DNA of 64,000 nt. It comes from Bacillota bacterium. Lineage in GTDB: Bacteria; Bacillota_I; Bacilli_A; RF39; UBA660. The stretch lies in assembly GCA_023460995.1 (NCBI GenBank), contig JAEWOE010000002.1, forward strand, positions 77,809 to 141,808. The letters are read 5' to 3'. A program made the position numbers and the translations under genes. Shown here piece after piece: positions 39,497 through 49,213 of this stretch (positions are counted from its first letter, which is position 1; every line of letters begins with the position of its first letter). Below the pieces are notes generated by a model. That model saw only the letters and a program-made list of their open reading frames with translations, made no database searches and was not told the DNA's origin.

Positions 39497-39793
39497 ATGA
39501 AAGCTATATTCGAAACAGGTGGAAAACAATATTACGCTGAAGAAGGAACAATATTATATGTTGAAAAGCTAGATGCTGCTGACGGAGAAGAAGTTTCTTT
39601 TGATAGAGTTTTAATGGCTAATGGTGTTGTTGGACGCCCATATGTTAGTGGAACAGTTGTGAAAGCTAAAGTTTTAAAACATGGTAAAAACAAAAAGATT
39701 AAAGTATTTAAATATAATCCAAAGAAAAATTACCATAAAACTCAAGGTCATCGTCAACCTTATACTAAAATTGAAGTTATTAGTGTTAAATAA
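39497..39793 (+). CDS. rplU: 50S ribosomal protein L21
   Basis: [12 protein letters not shown]...[21 protein letters not shown]. Confidence 0.95.
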   Translation: [98 protein letters not shown]

Positions 39794-39795
39794 TA

Positions 39796-40098
39796 ATGAT
39801 TAAAGTAAATGTTATTAGAAAAGCAGCTAAAATTGATAAAATTATTATAAGTGGGCATGCTATGTATGCTGACTATGGTAAAGATATCGTTTGTGCTTCT
39901 GTATCTAGTATTGTTATTACATCAATTAATGCTATATTAAAAATTAATAAAGATGCAATAACTTATCATCAAGGCGATGATTTAGAAATAACTGTAAAGT
40001 TGCATAATGATGTAACTGAAAAATTGCTTGAGAACATGTTAGATTTATTAACTGAATTATCAACGCAGTACAAAAAAAATATAAATATTAATATATAG
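39796..40098 (+). CDS. prp: ribosomal-processing cysteine protease Prp (YsxB)
   Basis: [21 protein letters not shown] motif (His/Cys dyad), located between rplU and rpmA. Confidence 0.85.
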   Translation: MIKVNVIRKAAKIDKIIISGHAMYADYGKDIVCASVSSIVITSINAILKINKDAITYHQGDDLEITVKLHNDVTEKLLENMLDLLTELSTQYKKNININI

Positions 40099-40111
40099 GG
40101 AGGTGCCAATA

Positions 40112-40405
40112 GTGAAATTTTTAGAATTAAATATACAATTATTTGCCCACAAAAAAGGACAAGGTTCAACTAGAAATGGTCGTGACTCTATATCTAAAAG
40201 ATTAGGAGCAAAGGCTGCTGACGGTGAATTTGTTACTGGTGGTTCAATATTATATCGTCAACGTGGAACAAAAATTTACCCAGGTACTAACGCAGGAATT
40301 GGATCAGATGATACAGTTTATGCTAAAGTTCCAGGATATGTAAAATTTGAACGTGTTGGAAGAGATAAAAAACAAGTTAGTATTTATCCTGAAAGACAAA
40401 ACTAA
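40112..40405 (+). CDS. rpmA: 50S ribosomal protein L27 with N-terminal Prp-cleaved propeptide
   Basis: [29 protein letters not shown] start 40112 five to six nt after GGGAGG (the track start at 40103 abuts the RBS). Confidence 0.95.
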   Translation: MKFLELNIQLFAHKKGQGSTRNGRDSISKRLGAKAADGEFVTGGSILYRQRGTKIYPGTNAGIGSDDTVYAKVPGYVKFERVGRDKKQVSIYPERQN

Positions 40406-40423
40406 TTTAATATTAAGCAGTAA

Positions 40424-40452
40424 AAGAGTTAATGCATATTAATTCTTTTTTT
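40424..40452 (+). terminator. rho-independent terminator after rpmA
   Basis: AAGAGTTAAT-GCAT-ATTAATTCTT then TTTTT. Confidence 0.55.
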
Positions 40453-40560
40453 GTTTATAATTTTATGTTTATATTTGCAAAATAAACAAATCTTTACATT
40501 TTTTTAAACAACAAATAATATTTGTGATATAATTATTTTAATAGAAGAGGATGTGTTAAG

Positions 40561-41352
40561 ATGAGGGATGTAAACATATTAACTAATAATGGTGTTAATG
40601 TAGCGGCTAGTCTTGAACTTTTTGGGGACATGGCAACATATGATGAAACAGTAGTAGACTTCTTAAATGGAGTAGAAGAAAAGATATCTGGTATTAAAAA
40701 ATATAAAGAAAATGGCGATATGCCTAATTATGCAATATTAGTTCACTCTTTAAAAAGTGATGCTAAATACTTAGGATTAACAGCTTTAGCAGAGATTTCA
40801 TTTCAACACGAAATGGATAGCAAGGCTAACAATATTAATGCTGTATATAATAATTACGATGCTTTAATGGCTGAAGCAAATAGATCTATTGCTTTACTAA
40901 AAGCTTATGTAGGTGATATGTCACCAGTTCCTACTGTAGTAGCGCCTGTCGCAGCTCCAGTAATTAAAGATAAAACAATTTTAGTTGTTGATGATTCAGA
41001 TATTATAAGAACATTTATTCAAAAAATATTTAATGATAATTATCATGTTATGATGGCGCATGATGGCAAAGAAGCAATAGATGTCATTGGTACTAGTGCT
41101 TATGACAATATCGTAGGTGTGTTACTTGATTTAAATATGCCTAATATAAATGGTTTTGAAGTATTGGAGTATTTTAAAGAGAATAATTTATTTTCAAAAA
41201 TTCCAGTATCAATAATAACAGGTGATGATTCTCGCGATTCTATTGATAGAGCGTTTAATTATCCGATAACTGATGTATTACAAAAACCATTTAATGAAAG
41301 AGATGTTAAAAGAATTCTTGATAAGATGTTAGCTTTAAGTAATTTAATATAA
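40561..41352 (+). CDS. Hpt (histidine phosphotransfer) domain fused to response-regulator receiver domain
   Basis: N-terminal Hpt motif ILVHSLKSDAKYLGL. C-terminal REC with VVDDSD, LLDLNMP, and QKPF. Own extended -10 (TGATATAAT) upstream. Confidence 0.75.
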   Translation: MRDVNILTNNGVNVAASLELFGDMATYDETVVDFLNGVEEKISGIKKYKENGDMPNYAILVHSLKSDAKYLGLTALAEISFQHEMDSKANNINAVYNNYDALMAEANRSIALLKAYVGDMSPVPTVVAPVAAPVIKDKTILVVDDSDIIRTFIQKIFNDNYHVMMAHDGKEAIDVIGTSAYDNIVGVLLDLNMPNINGFEVLEYFKENNLFSKIPVSIITGDDSRDSIDRAFNYPITDVLQKPFNERDVKRILDKMLALSNLI

Positions 41353-41363
41353 TATATTTAATA

Positions 41364-41393
41364 AAATCCTTAATTTATTATTAAGGATTTTTT
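41364..41393 (+). terminator. rho-independent terminator
   Basis: AAATCCTTAAT-loop-ATTAAGGATTT then TTT. Confidence 0.65.
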
Positions 41394-41639
41394 ATACAAA
41401 AATTGTGATTGATTTTTAATATCAATATTGTTATAATTATATAGAAAGTATGGTACAAGTTAGCTTATAAATTATTATCACATCATTAGTATCATGTTTT
41501 TTATTGTCTATTTAATCTTGTTATTTACTAATATAGTTTAGGTTCTATTTACATAACTTACTATTTTTATAGTTATAGTAATTATGGTTATACTATTAAC
41601 AAACATTATATTAATAACTCGAAGAAGAAAAGGTGAATT

Positions 41640-42155
41640 ATGGAAATTTTATTATTATGCGTTAAGATATTTTTTGTGAGGATACTAGATGTATCATTAG
41701 GTACAGTAAGAACTATAATAACAGTAAAAGGTAAAAAAGTTATTGCGAGCGCAGTTGGATTTGTTGAAGTTTTGATATGGTTCTCAGTTGTTAAAGAAGC
41801 TTTAAATACTGATATTCAAAGTATATGGATTGCAATTAGTTATGCCTTAGGTTTTGCAACAGGTACTTTTGTTGGTGGATTTTTATCAGATAAATTTATA
41901 AGTGGAAATTTGACAGTACAAGTTATTTTAAGTAATCGTAATGATGAAATAGTAACTTCTATTAGAAAAGCAGGTTATGCAACCACTGTTATAGATGTTA
42001 AGGGACAAGATCAAGACCAACTAAAATATATGCTTCTTATGGAAATTAATAAAAAACGTGTTGATCATTTAAAAAAACTTATTAAAAGTTTAGATGAAAA
42101 AGCATTTATAGTTATTAGTGAAACGAAAACAGTTCAAAATGGGTATTTTAGATAA
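41640..42155 (+). CDS. UPF0316 (DUF2179) membrane protein
   Basis: VRILDVSLGTVRTIITVKGKK N-terminal signature of UPF0316 family. Confidence 0.65.
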   Translation: MEILLLCVKIFFVRILDVSLGTVRTIITVKGKKVIASAVGFVEVLIWFSVVKEALNTDIQSIWIAISYALGFATGTFVGGFLSDKFISGNLTVQVILSNRNDEIVTSIRKAGYATTVIDVKGQDQDQLKYMLLMEINKKRVDHLKKLIKSLDEKAFIVISETKTVQNGYFR

Positions 42156-42198
42156 TATCCATTTTGTTTTATATAGTAAAATAGAAAGGAAGAACGAA

Positions 42199-43422
42199 AT
42201 GATAGATAATTACAATAAATATGCTAATTTATTACTGTCTAAATGTTTAAACATAAAAGAAGGAGAACCTTTACTTATTCAGGCACCTATAGAAAATATT
42301 GATTTTGTAAGAATAGTTGCTAAAAGAGCTTATGAACTAGGAGTTAATGATATATATTTTGATTTTGATGATGATATTTTAAAGCATGATCAACTCTTAA
42401 GTTTAGACGTAGAAAGTTTAAAAAAAAGTAGGTTTTGGAATAAAAAAATATTTGATGAGTATGCAAATAAAGGGGCTGCTTTTTTGATGCTTTATGGTGA
42501 TAATCCAGACTTAACAAATGATATAGATCCTATTAAAGTAGGTGAAGTAGCCAAAGTAAATAGACTATCTAGACCCATTTATAAAGCAAAACAGTCTATA
42601 AATGAGGTGTCTTGGTGCATTGCTTCAGTAGCAACCGAAGCATGGGCAAGAAAAATATTTCCAAATAGTATAAATCCTAAATCAGAACTTTGGAATAAAA
42701 TATTTGAAATGTGCCTTATTAATAGTGAAAATCCATTAATAGAATGGGATAAAAAAGTTGCTATTAATAGTAAAAGGTGTGAATTATTAAATAATAATGT
42801 TTTTAAAGAACTACATTATACCAATAGCTTAGGAACTGATTTATTAATAAAACTATCAGATGATGCCATATGGTGTGGTGGTGATGAAGAAACTGTTGAT
42901 GGAAGAAAAGTAATTATGAATATGCCAACAGAAGAAGTATTTACAACTCCAATAATGACAGGAACAAGTGGTGTTGTCTATAGTTCAAAGCCTCTTGTAT
43001 ATAGTGGAGCACTAATTGAAAATTTTATGCTAAAATTTGAAGATGGAAAAGTTGTTGGTTTTGAGGCCGAAAAAGGTTATGAAGTACTTAAAAGTATAAT
43101 TGAAGGTGATGAACATTCATGTATGTTAGGTGAGGTTGCTTTAGTAGATTATAATTCCCCTATATCTAATTCAGGATTAATATTTTATGAAACTTTATTT
43201 GATGAAAATGCATCATGTCATTTAGCTTTTGGTAATGGGTTTCCAACCTGCATAAAAAATACTAGTGGTAAAAGCCGTGAAGACTTAATTAAGATGGGAA
43301 TTAATCAGTCTAGTGTTCATGTTGATTTCATGATAGGCACTAAAGACTTAACAATAAAAGGTATTAATAAAGATAATGAAGAAGTGCTTATTTTTGATAA
43401 TGGAAACTTTATTTTAAGATAA
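42199..43422 (+). CDS. M29-family aminopeptidase (AmpS/PepS-like)
   Basis: PTEEVFTTP, FDENASCHLAFG, HVDFMIG conserved M29 motifs. AAAGGAAG RBS then ATG 42199 (the track start 42118 is upstream). Confidence 0.85.
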   Translation: MIDNYNKYANLLLSKCLNIKEGEPLLIQAPIENIDFVRIVAKRAYELGVNDIYFDFDDDILKHDQLLSLDVESLKKSRFWNKKIFDEYANKGAAFLMLYGDNPDLTNDIDPIKVGEVAKVNRLSRPIYKAKQSINEVSWCIASVATEAWARKIFPNSINPKSELWNKIFEMCLINSENPLIEWDKKVAINSKRCELLNNNVFKELHYTNSLGTDLLIKLSDDAIWCGGDEETVDGRKVIMNMPTEEVFTTPIMTGTSGVVYSSKPLVYSGALIENFMLKFEDGKVVGFEAEKGYEVLKSIIEGDEHSCMLGEVALVDYNSPISNSGLIFYETLFDENASCHLAFGNGFPTCIKNTSGKSREDLIKMGINQSSVHVDFMIGTKDLTIKGINKDNEEVLIFDNGNFILR

Positions 43423-43509
43423 TAAATTAAGACGTTTTATTAATGTCTTTTTTCTTGTTTAAATTATGTTAATAGTGTATAATACTTCTAGGAAAAGGGG
43501 CGTGGTAAT

Positions 43510-44784
43510 ATGTTCGTAGATGAAGTTACGCTTGAGTTACAGGCCGGTGATGGCGGTAATGGTTGTCTAGCATTTAGACGAGAAAAATTTGTAGAAATGG
43601 GTGGACCATTTGGTGGTAGTGGTGGTAAAGGATCAAACATCATTTTTAAAGTTGATGAAGGATTAAATACACTACTTGATTTAAGATATAAAAGAGTTAT
43701 AAAAGGCAATAAAGGTGAAAACGGAGAAGGTAAAGGGAAACATGGAGCAGCTGCAACAGATGTTGTTGTTAAAGTTCCCCAAGGTACTATAATTACTGAT
43801 TATGAATCAGGTTTAGTTATAGCGGATCTTACTAATAAAAATGAAGAGGTTATAGCTGCTTATGGTGGCCGTGGTGGTAGAGGAAACATTGCTTTCGCAA
43901 CTCGTGCTAATCCAGCGCCTGCATATGCTGAAAATGGTGAACCTGGTGAGTATAGAAAAATAAAAGTAGAACTTAAACTACTTGCTGATGTTGGTCTTGT
44001 TGGACTTCCTAGTGTAGGAAAATCAACTTTTATTTCTAAAATTAGTGCCGCTAAACCAAAAATTGCAGCTTATCATTTTACGACATTATCACCTAATTTA
44101 GGTGTTGTAAGAACAATTGATAATAGAAGTTTTGTTGTTGCAGATTTACCTGGATTAATAAAAGGAGCTTCTTTAGGAGAAGGTCTTGGTGATAAATTCT
44201 TAAGACATATTGAAAGAACAAGAGTTATTGCCCATATTATAGATATGAGTGGTTTTGAAGGTAGAGATCCTTATGATGACTATTTAGTTATTAATAAAGA
44301 ACTTGATGATTTTAGTAAAAAGATATTAAAGAAACCACAAGTAGTAATAGCTAATAAAATGGATATAGACGGTGCTGAATTAAATCTTGAAATTTTTCGT
44401 AAGAAAGTAAAAGATGTTGAAGTATATCCTATATCAGCAGCTACTGGTAAAGGAATTGATGAAGTTCTTATAAAGATAGCTGATATGCTTGATACTATTG
44501 AAAGACAACCATTATATGAAGAAGATGAAATAGAAAGTCATGTTCTATATAAGTTTGAAAGAGAAAAACCATTTACAATTAATCATGAAGGACGTACTTG
44601 GGTTGTTCGTGGTAAAGAAGTAGAAAAAATGCTTCGTATGACAAGCTTTAGAACAGATGAAGCTGCTAATAGATTTGCTAATAAATTACGCAAAATGGGT
44701 ATTGATGCTAAGTTAAAAGAACTTGGCGCTGTTGAAGGCGATACAATAAGAATATTAGATTTAGAATTTGAATACAAGGACTAA
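43510..44784 (+). CDS. obg: GTPase Obg
   Basis: Gly-rich Obg fold (GDGGNGCLAFRREKF), G1 GLPSVGKST, G3 DLPG, C-terminal OCT domain. Confidence 0.95.
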   Translation: MFVDEVTLELQAGDGGNGCLAFRREKFVEMGGPFGGSGGKGSNIIFKVDEGLNTLLDLRYKRVIKGNKGENGEGKGKHGAAATDVVVKVPQGTIITDYESGLVIADLTNKNEEVIAAYGGRGGRGNIAFATRANPAPAYAENGEPGEYRKIKVELKLLADVGLVGLPSVGKSTFISKISAAKPKIAAYHFTTLSPNLGVVRTIDNRSFVVADLPGLIKGASLGEGLGDKFLRHIERTRVIAHIIDMSGFEGRDPYDDYLVINKELDDFSKKILKKPQVVIANKMDIDGAELNLEIFRKKVKDVEVYPISAATGKGIDEVLIKIADMLDTIERQPLYEEDEIESHVLYKFEREKPFTINHEGRTWVVRGKEVEKMLRMTSFRTDEAANRFANKLRKMGIDAKLKELGAVEGDTIRILDLEFEYKD

Positions 44785-44811
44785 AAAGATAGATTTAAAT
44801 CTATCTTTTTA
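44785..44811 (+). terminator. rho-independent terminator after obg
   Basis: Perfect palindrome AAGATAGATTT/AAATCTATCTT then TTT. Confidence 0.7.
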
Positions 44812-44843
44812 TGTTATAATTATTATAGAGTAGGTGAAGCAGC

Positions 44844-45587
44844 ATGAAGGTAGTTTATCATGGCAGTAGTTTTTCTAAATTAGAAACAATTACACCGCAT
44901 CAAAGTATTCATGGAAATTATGTATATGCAACAAATAATAAAGTTATTGCTATTATAATGGCTCATAAATATGGTTCAGATTTCACTTATAGTTTTGGTA
45001 GAGAAAATAGGAAAGAACCATATAATTTAGTTGAAAGAATTCCTGGTGCTTTTGATATAATGTATAAAAGTTCAGCTTCTATTTATAGTTTAGACGGTAG
45101 TAATTTTACAAAAATCAACACAAGTTTTAACGAAATAGTAAGTACTGAAGAAGAAAAAGTTTTAGGAGAAGAAAAAATAACTAATTTATTAAAAGTAATT
45201 AATAATTTAGAAAAAGAAAACGTAATTAAAGTATATAGATATCCAAATAAACCAGAAGGTTTTAAAAGAGATGGTTCAGATTTAATAGAAAAACTGGCAG
45301 CAGGGCAAGATTTTGAAACGATAAGAAGTAGGTATATATCTTTGCTTAGTTATTATCCTGAACTACTTGATAAAGTAAATGATAAATTATTTAGTATTAA
45401 CAAATCTTTTCCAGGGTTTAATACAAGTGATTTATTTAATATATTAGATTATTGTATTGCAAGATATAATCAAGATCCTAAAAATGAACCTTTCTTAAAA
45501 TTAAAACTTAATAAGTTTACAAAGTTATATCCAATATATTTTAAGGATATTAATTTAGTTGATATATGTAATAAAAAAACAATTTAA
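44844..45587 (+). CDS. hypothetical protein
   Basis: GTAGGTGAAG RBS; no recognisable domain. Confidence 0.5.
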   Translation: MKVVYHGSSFSKLETITPHQSIHGNYVYATNNKVIAIIMAHKYGSDFTYSFGRENRKEPYNLVERIPGAFDIMYKSSASIYSLDGSNFTKINTSFNEIVSTEEEKVLGEEKITNLLKVINNLEKENVIKVYRYPNKPEGFKRDGSDLIEKLAAGQDFETIRSRYISLLSYYPELLDKVNDKLFSINKSFPGFNTSDLFNILDYCIARYNQDPKNEPFLKLKLNKFTKLYPIYFKDINLVDICNKKTI

Positions 45588-45603
45588 TATGTATTAAATT
45601 GTT

Positions 45604-45906
45604 TTATTTTATATAATCGCCAACTTTATAGTTGTAGTAATTAACTGGAGACTCGTATGCATAATACACATTTTTTTTAGGTAATATTACCTTATATGGT
45701 TTTATATTTTTATATATATATAATATCTTATTATTTTTATCTGTCATATGAACATCTATATTAATAAACATGAACATAGTATGAATACTATTACATCTTG
45801 GAAAGCACAATATATAATTAACTTTTCTTTTAAACATTAGTCCAAAGAATCTTGAAAAAAAACTTTTACAAATAATAACATCTAACTTATTCATATTCTT
45901 CACCAA
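45604..45906 (-). CDS. DUF192-family protein
   Basis: FFGLMFKRK...CFPRCNSIHTMFMFINIDV matches conserved DUF192 core (GLMF...CNSIHTFFM...IDV). Divergent from the flp operon. Confidence 0.55.
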   Translation of the reverse strand: MVKNMNKLDVIICKSFFSRFFGLMFKRKVNYILCFPRCNSIHTMFMFINIDVHMTDKNNKILYIYKNIKPYKVILPKKNVYYAYESPVNYYNYKVGDYIK

Positions 45907-45929
45907 TCATATTATAACATAAAAAGTAA

Positions 45930-45958
45930 TTGACAAAAATATATAAAAAGTATAAAAT
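45930..45958 (+). promoter_or_regulatory. promoter TTGACA-17-TAAAAT for flp/tad operon
   Basis: Consensus -35 with A/T-rich -10 about 40 nt upstream of flp ATG; GGTAGGAGG RBS follows. Confidence 0.45.
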
Positions 45959-45996
45959 TGAAGTATAAAAGGGTAGTAATTGGGTAGGAGGATTTT

Positions 45997-46191
45997 ATGA
46001 ATAATAAAGGACAAGCTTTAGTAGAGTATTTATTAATAATTGCTTTAATTAGTGTTATTGTAGTAAGTCTAGTTAAGTTACTAGGAGGATACTTACAAGA
46101 TTCTGTTACCAAGTCATCTTGTAATTTAATTGACAAAGTTTATGTAGCAGGGGAAAAACCAGGCGAAGGTTACTGCGCAGAATCAGAATAG
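45997..46191 (+). CDS. flp: Flp/Fap-family type IVb (Tad) pilin
   Basis: 64-aa protein, MNNKG/QALVEYLLIIALISVIVV Flp motif (G-x4-EY) then hydrophobic helix. Confidence 0.7.
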   Translation: MNNKGQALVEYLLIIALISVIVVSLVKLLGGYLQDSVTKSSCNLIDKVYVAGEKPGEGYCAESE

Positions 46192-46201
46192 AATAGTTTT
46201 T

Positions 46202-46236
46202 AAAAGAAGAAATATTTATGTACTTCTTCTTTTTTA
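46202..46236 (+). terminator. intra-operon hairpin/terminator immediately after flp pilin gene
   Basis: AAAAGAAGAA-loop-TTCTTCTTTT then TTT. Confidence 0.55.
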
Positions 46237-46292
46237 TTGTTTAATTAGTCGTTTTTTGGTATAATCTTATTAAGATATGCGAGTGTGATTAT

Positions 46293-46667
46293 ATGATAAA
46301 AGATATAAGGAATAGCAAAGGGCAAGCTTTAGTAGAATTTGTTCTTGTAATGCCTATTTTTATCTTTATTATTATGGCTATGATAGATTTAGGAAATATT
46401 ATATATAAAAAGTATAATCTAGAAAATACACTTGATACGGTAGTAGAATTATATAGGCAAGGAGAAAGTCAAAAGATGGCAGCCTATGCATCAGTTGAAA
46501 ATATTGATTTGGATATTTCTTCTGTTAGTACTGATTTAACTAAAGTATCTGTTACGAAAACTATAAATATAATAACACCAGGATTAAATAATATACTCGG
46601 CAAAGATTATACCTTATCAGTAGATAGAACTATTTTTTTTGAAAAGGAAACGTCTATAAATGAATGA
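46293..46667 (+). CDS. TadE-like pseudopilin
   Basis: KGQALVEFVLVMPIFIFIIMAMIDLGNII TadE N-terminal signature. Confidence 0.65.
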   Translation: MIKDIRNSKGQALVEFVLVMPIFIFIIMAMIDLGNIIYKKYNLENTLDTVVELYRQGESQKMAAYASVENIDLDISSVSTDLTKVSVTKTINIITPGLNNILGKDYTLSVDRTIFFEKETSINE

Positions 46668-47052
46668 TAGAAAAGGACAAGTTTTAGTTGCCTTTGTCTT
46701 ATTAATACCAGTAATAATAATGCTGCTGGCGTTAATAGTAGATGTTGGTTTTCTATATGTAGAAAAAAGAAATACTGATAATGTGGTAAGGGATATAACA
46801 AATTATGGGCTTGATAACTTAAATTTAGAAAAAGATATATTACAAGGAAAGATAACTGAGTTAATTAATGCTAATTTAGACGATATACAAAATCTTAATA
46901 TAAATATTGATACTAACAGTGTTGAAATAGATATAACAAGAAATAAGCAAAGTATATTTTCAAATGTATATAAAAAAGCAAGTTATAAAATAACTTCAAA
47001 TTATATTGGTAACATTAATAATTCTGTAAATGATGTAAGGAAGGAGTCATAG
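46660..47052 (+). CDS. TadE/TadF-like pseudopilin
   Basis: KGQVLVAFVLLIPVIIMLLALIVDVG; overlaps the previous gene. Confidence 0.6.
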   Translation: MNDRKGQVLVAFVLLIPVIIMLLALIVDVGFLYVEKRNTDNVVRDITNYGLDNLNLEKDILQGKITELINANLDDIQNLNINIDTNSVEIDITRNKQSIFSNVYKKASYKITSNYIGNINNSVNDVRKES

Positions 47053-47053
47053 T

Positions 47054-47881
47054 ATGGCATTAAAAAAGGCTAAAATATTAACAATAACATCTGTAAGTGG
47101 AGGAACTGGAAAGACAACTACTGCTCTTTGCGTAGCAGGAACTTACTCAACTCTTGGAAAAAAAGTTTTAGTAATAGATTTAGATTTATATACAGGGACT
47201 ATTGCTGCTGCTTTAAACTTAGATGTTAAATCAGACATGTTTATCTTAGTTAATGATTTAAATAATAATAAATTTAAAGGATTAGATGAATATGTAACAA
47301 GTTACAGCGAAAATATTGATATTTTACCAGCTACTAAAGATCCTAGATATGCTAATAAAATTAATGCTAGTTATTTACAACTGGTTTTTGATAAATACTG
47401 TAATAAATATGATTTGATTGTAGTTGATACAGCTGATGATTTTTCACCTTTTAATTTAGTTACTTTCGATTATAGTGACTTAATTATATACGTTATTAAT
47501 AACGATGCAGTAAATTTAAAAAACATGCGTACTATGGTGTCAATATTTAAAGATATGGGTCTTACTAAATATAGAATATTCCTTAATGAGGCAAATAGTA
47601 TTCATAAAAATTATTTCACAAAAAATGATATGAAGAATATTATGAAAGCTAATATAGATTATACTGTTACAAACAGATTCTTTATTAAAAATATAGATAA
47701 ATATTTCTTAGATGGAGTAATTTTGACTTTAGATAAAACAATTAGATCAAAGTATAAAAAAGATATTAAAGAGTTTGAAGAAATTGCTAAGGTTATTATT
47801 GGTGAAACTGAGAAGAATGATAAAAAAGTTGAAAAAGTAAGAGTTTCTAATGACAAAGTAATGAAAGGGGAAAATGAATAG
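47054..47881 (+). CDS. TadZ/CpaE-like ParA/MinD-family ATPase (pilus assembly localisation factor)
   Basis: ILTITSVSGGTGKTTTALCVA degenerate deviant Walker A, VIDLDL, DLIVVDTADD Walker B. Confidence 0.7.
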   Translation: MALKKAKILTITSVSGGTGKTTTALCVAGTYSTLGKKVLVIDLDLYTGTIAAALNLDVKSDMFILVNDLNNNKFKGLDEYVTSYSENIDILPATKDPRYANKINASYLQLVFDKYCNKYDLIVVDTADDFSPFNLVTFDYSDLIIYVINNDAVNLKNMRTMVSIFKDMGLTKYRIFLNEANSIHKNYFTKNDMKNIMKANIDYTVTNRFFIKNIDKYFLDGVILTLDKTIRSKYKKDIKEFEEIAKVIIGETEKNDKKVEKVRVSNDKVMKGENE

Positions 47882-49205
47882 TATGAAGAGTTTTACAGAA
47901 GAATTCCAAGTAAGTATTAAAAAGAATAATTATGTTGAAACTTCCGATTACGAAACATTTCCTAACAAAGTATTACTTGACGAACTTAGAAATAAAATTA
48001 TTCAAAATTTAATTGATAATCGTACCTCATCAAGTGGTGCTCTAGATACTTTTATCAAAAGACAAATAGATGCTACTATTGAAGGATATGATTTAACAGG
48101 AGTTGAGATATCTTATATCTATAACATGATAGATAATGAGATTAATGGATGTGGACCATTAACGGAACTTATGGAAGATCCTAATATAACTGAAATAATG
48201 GTTAATGGAATAGACCAAATTTATATTGAAATTGATGGACGAGTTAGTAAAGATGATAGTGTTTCTTTTATAAATGATGATCATATTATAAGAACAATAC
48301 AGAGAATGATTCAGCCTATCGGTAGAACAATTGATGCTGCTAATCCTATGGTTGACGCAAGACTTTCTGATGGTTCTAGACTTAATGCTATTATAGCGCC
48401 ACTTGCTATTAATGGACCAACTATTACTATTCGTAAGTTTAAGGAAGATTTAGTTTCTATAGATGATTTTTTAAGAACAGGAACATTAACTCCTTATATG
48501 GCTAGATTCTTGGAAGCATGTGTTAAAGCTAAATTAAATATTATTATATGTGGTGGTACTGGTTCTGGTAAAACAACACTTCTTAATGTTTTATCCTCAT
48601 TTATCGGGCAAGATGAACGTATTGTAACAATAGAGGATGCAGCTGAACTTAGATTAAAACAACCACATGTTGTTTCGCTAGAAACAAGACTTGCAAATTA
48701 TGAAGGACAAGGTGCTATAACAATTAGGGATTTAGTTATTAATTCCCTTCGTATGAGACCTGATCGTATTATAGTTGGCGAGTGTCGTGGTGGTGAGGCT
48801 TTTGATATGCTTCAGGCCATGAATACAGGACATTCAGGTAGTTTAACAACTATGCATGCTAATGGGCCTATTGACACTTTAAATAGGCTAGAAACATTAA
48901 TTTTAATGTCTGGTATGGAAATACCAGTTAAAGCTATTCGTGAATATATTGAGAAAGCAATAAATGTCGTGGTTCAAACTGAAAGATTTTCTGATGGACG
49001 TAGAAGAGTAGTGGATATTTCTGAGGTTGTTGGATTTAAAGATGATATGATTGAATTAAAACAAATATTTGGATTTAAGCAAACAGGAAGACTTGATAAC
49101 GGTGATGTTGACGGTGAGTTTATTCAATCTAAACATGTGCCAAAAGTATATGAAACAATGAAAGCCTTTGGTGTAGACAGTATAAAAGTTATTTTTGAAA
49201 AATAG
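47874..49205 (+). CDS. tadA: TadA/CpaF-family secretion ATPase
   Basis: IIICGGTGSGKTTLLNVL Walker A, ERIVTIEDAAEL, GHSGSLTTMHAN His-box. Confidence 0.9.
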   Translation: MNSMKSFTEEFQVSIKKNNYVETSDYETFPNKVLLDELRNKIIQNLIDNRTSSSGALDTFIKRQIDATIEGYDLTGVEISYIYNMIDNEINGCGPLTELMEDPNITEIMVNGIDQIYIEIDGRVSKDDSVSFINDDHIIRTIQRMIQPIGRTIDAANPMVDARLSDGSRLNAIIAPLAINGPTITIRKFKEDLVSIDDFLRTGTLTPYMARFLEACVKAKLNIIICGGTGSGKTTLLNVLSSFIGQDERIVTIEDAAELRLKQPHVVSLETRLANYEGQGAITIRDLVINSLRMRPDRIIVGECRGGEAFDMLQAMNTGHSGSLTTMHANGPIDTLNRLETLILMSGMEIPVKAIREYIEKAINVVVQTERFSDGRRRVVDISEVVGFKDDMIELKQIFGFKQTGRLDNGDVDGEFIQSKHVPKVYETMKAFGVDSIKVIFEK

Positions 49206-49213
49206 GTGATAGT

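Noticed and set aside
45912-46136. 74-aa minus-strand ORF overlapping flp
   Set aside because: Antisense to the Flp pilin gene and its promoter region. No RBS. The sense gene has RBS, a promoter and a family-typical sequence.
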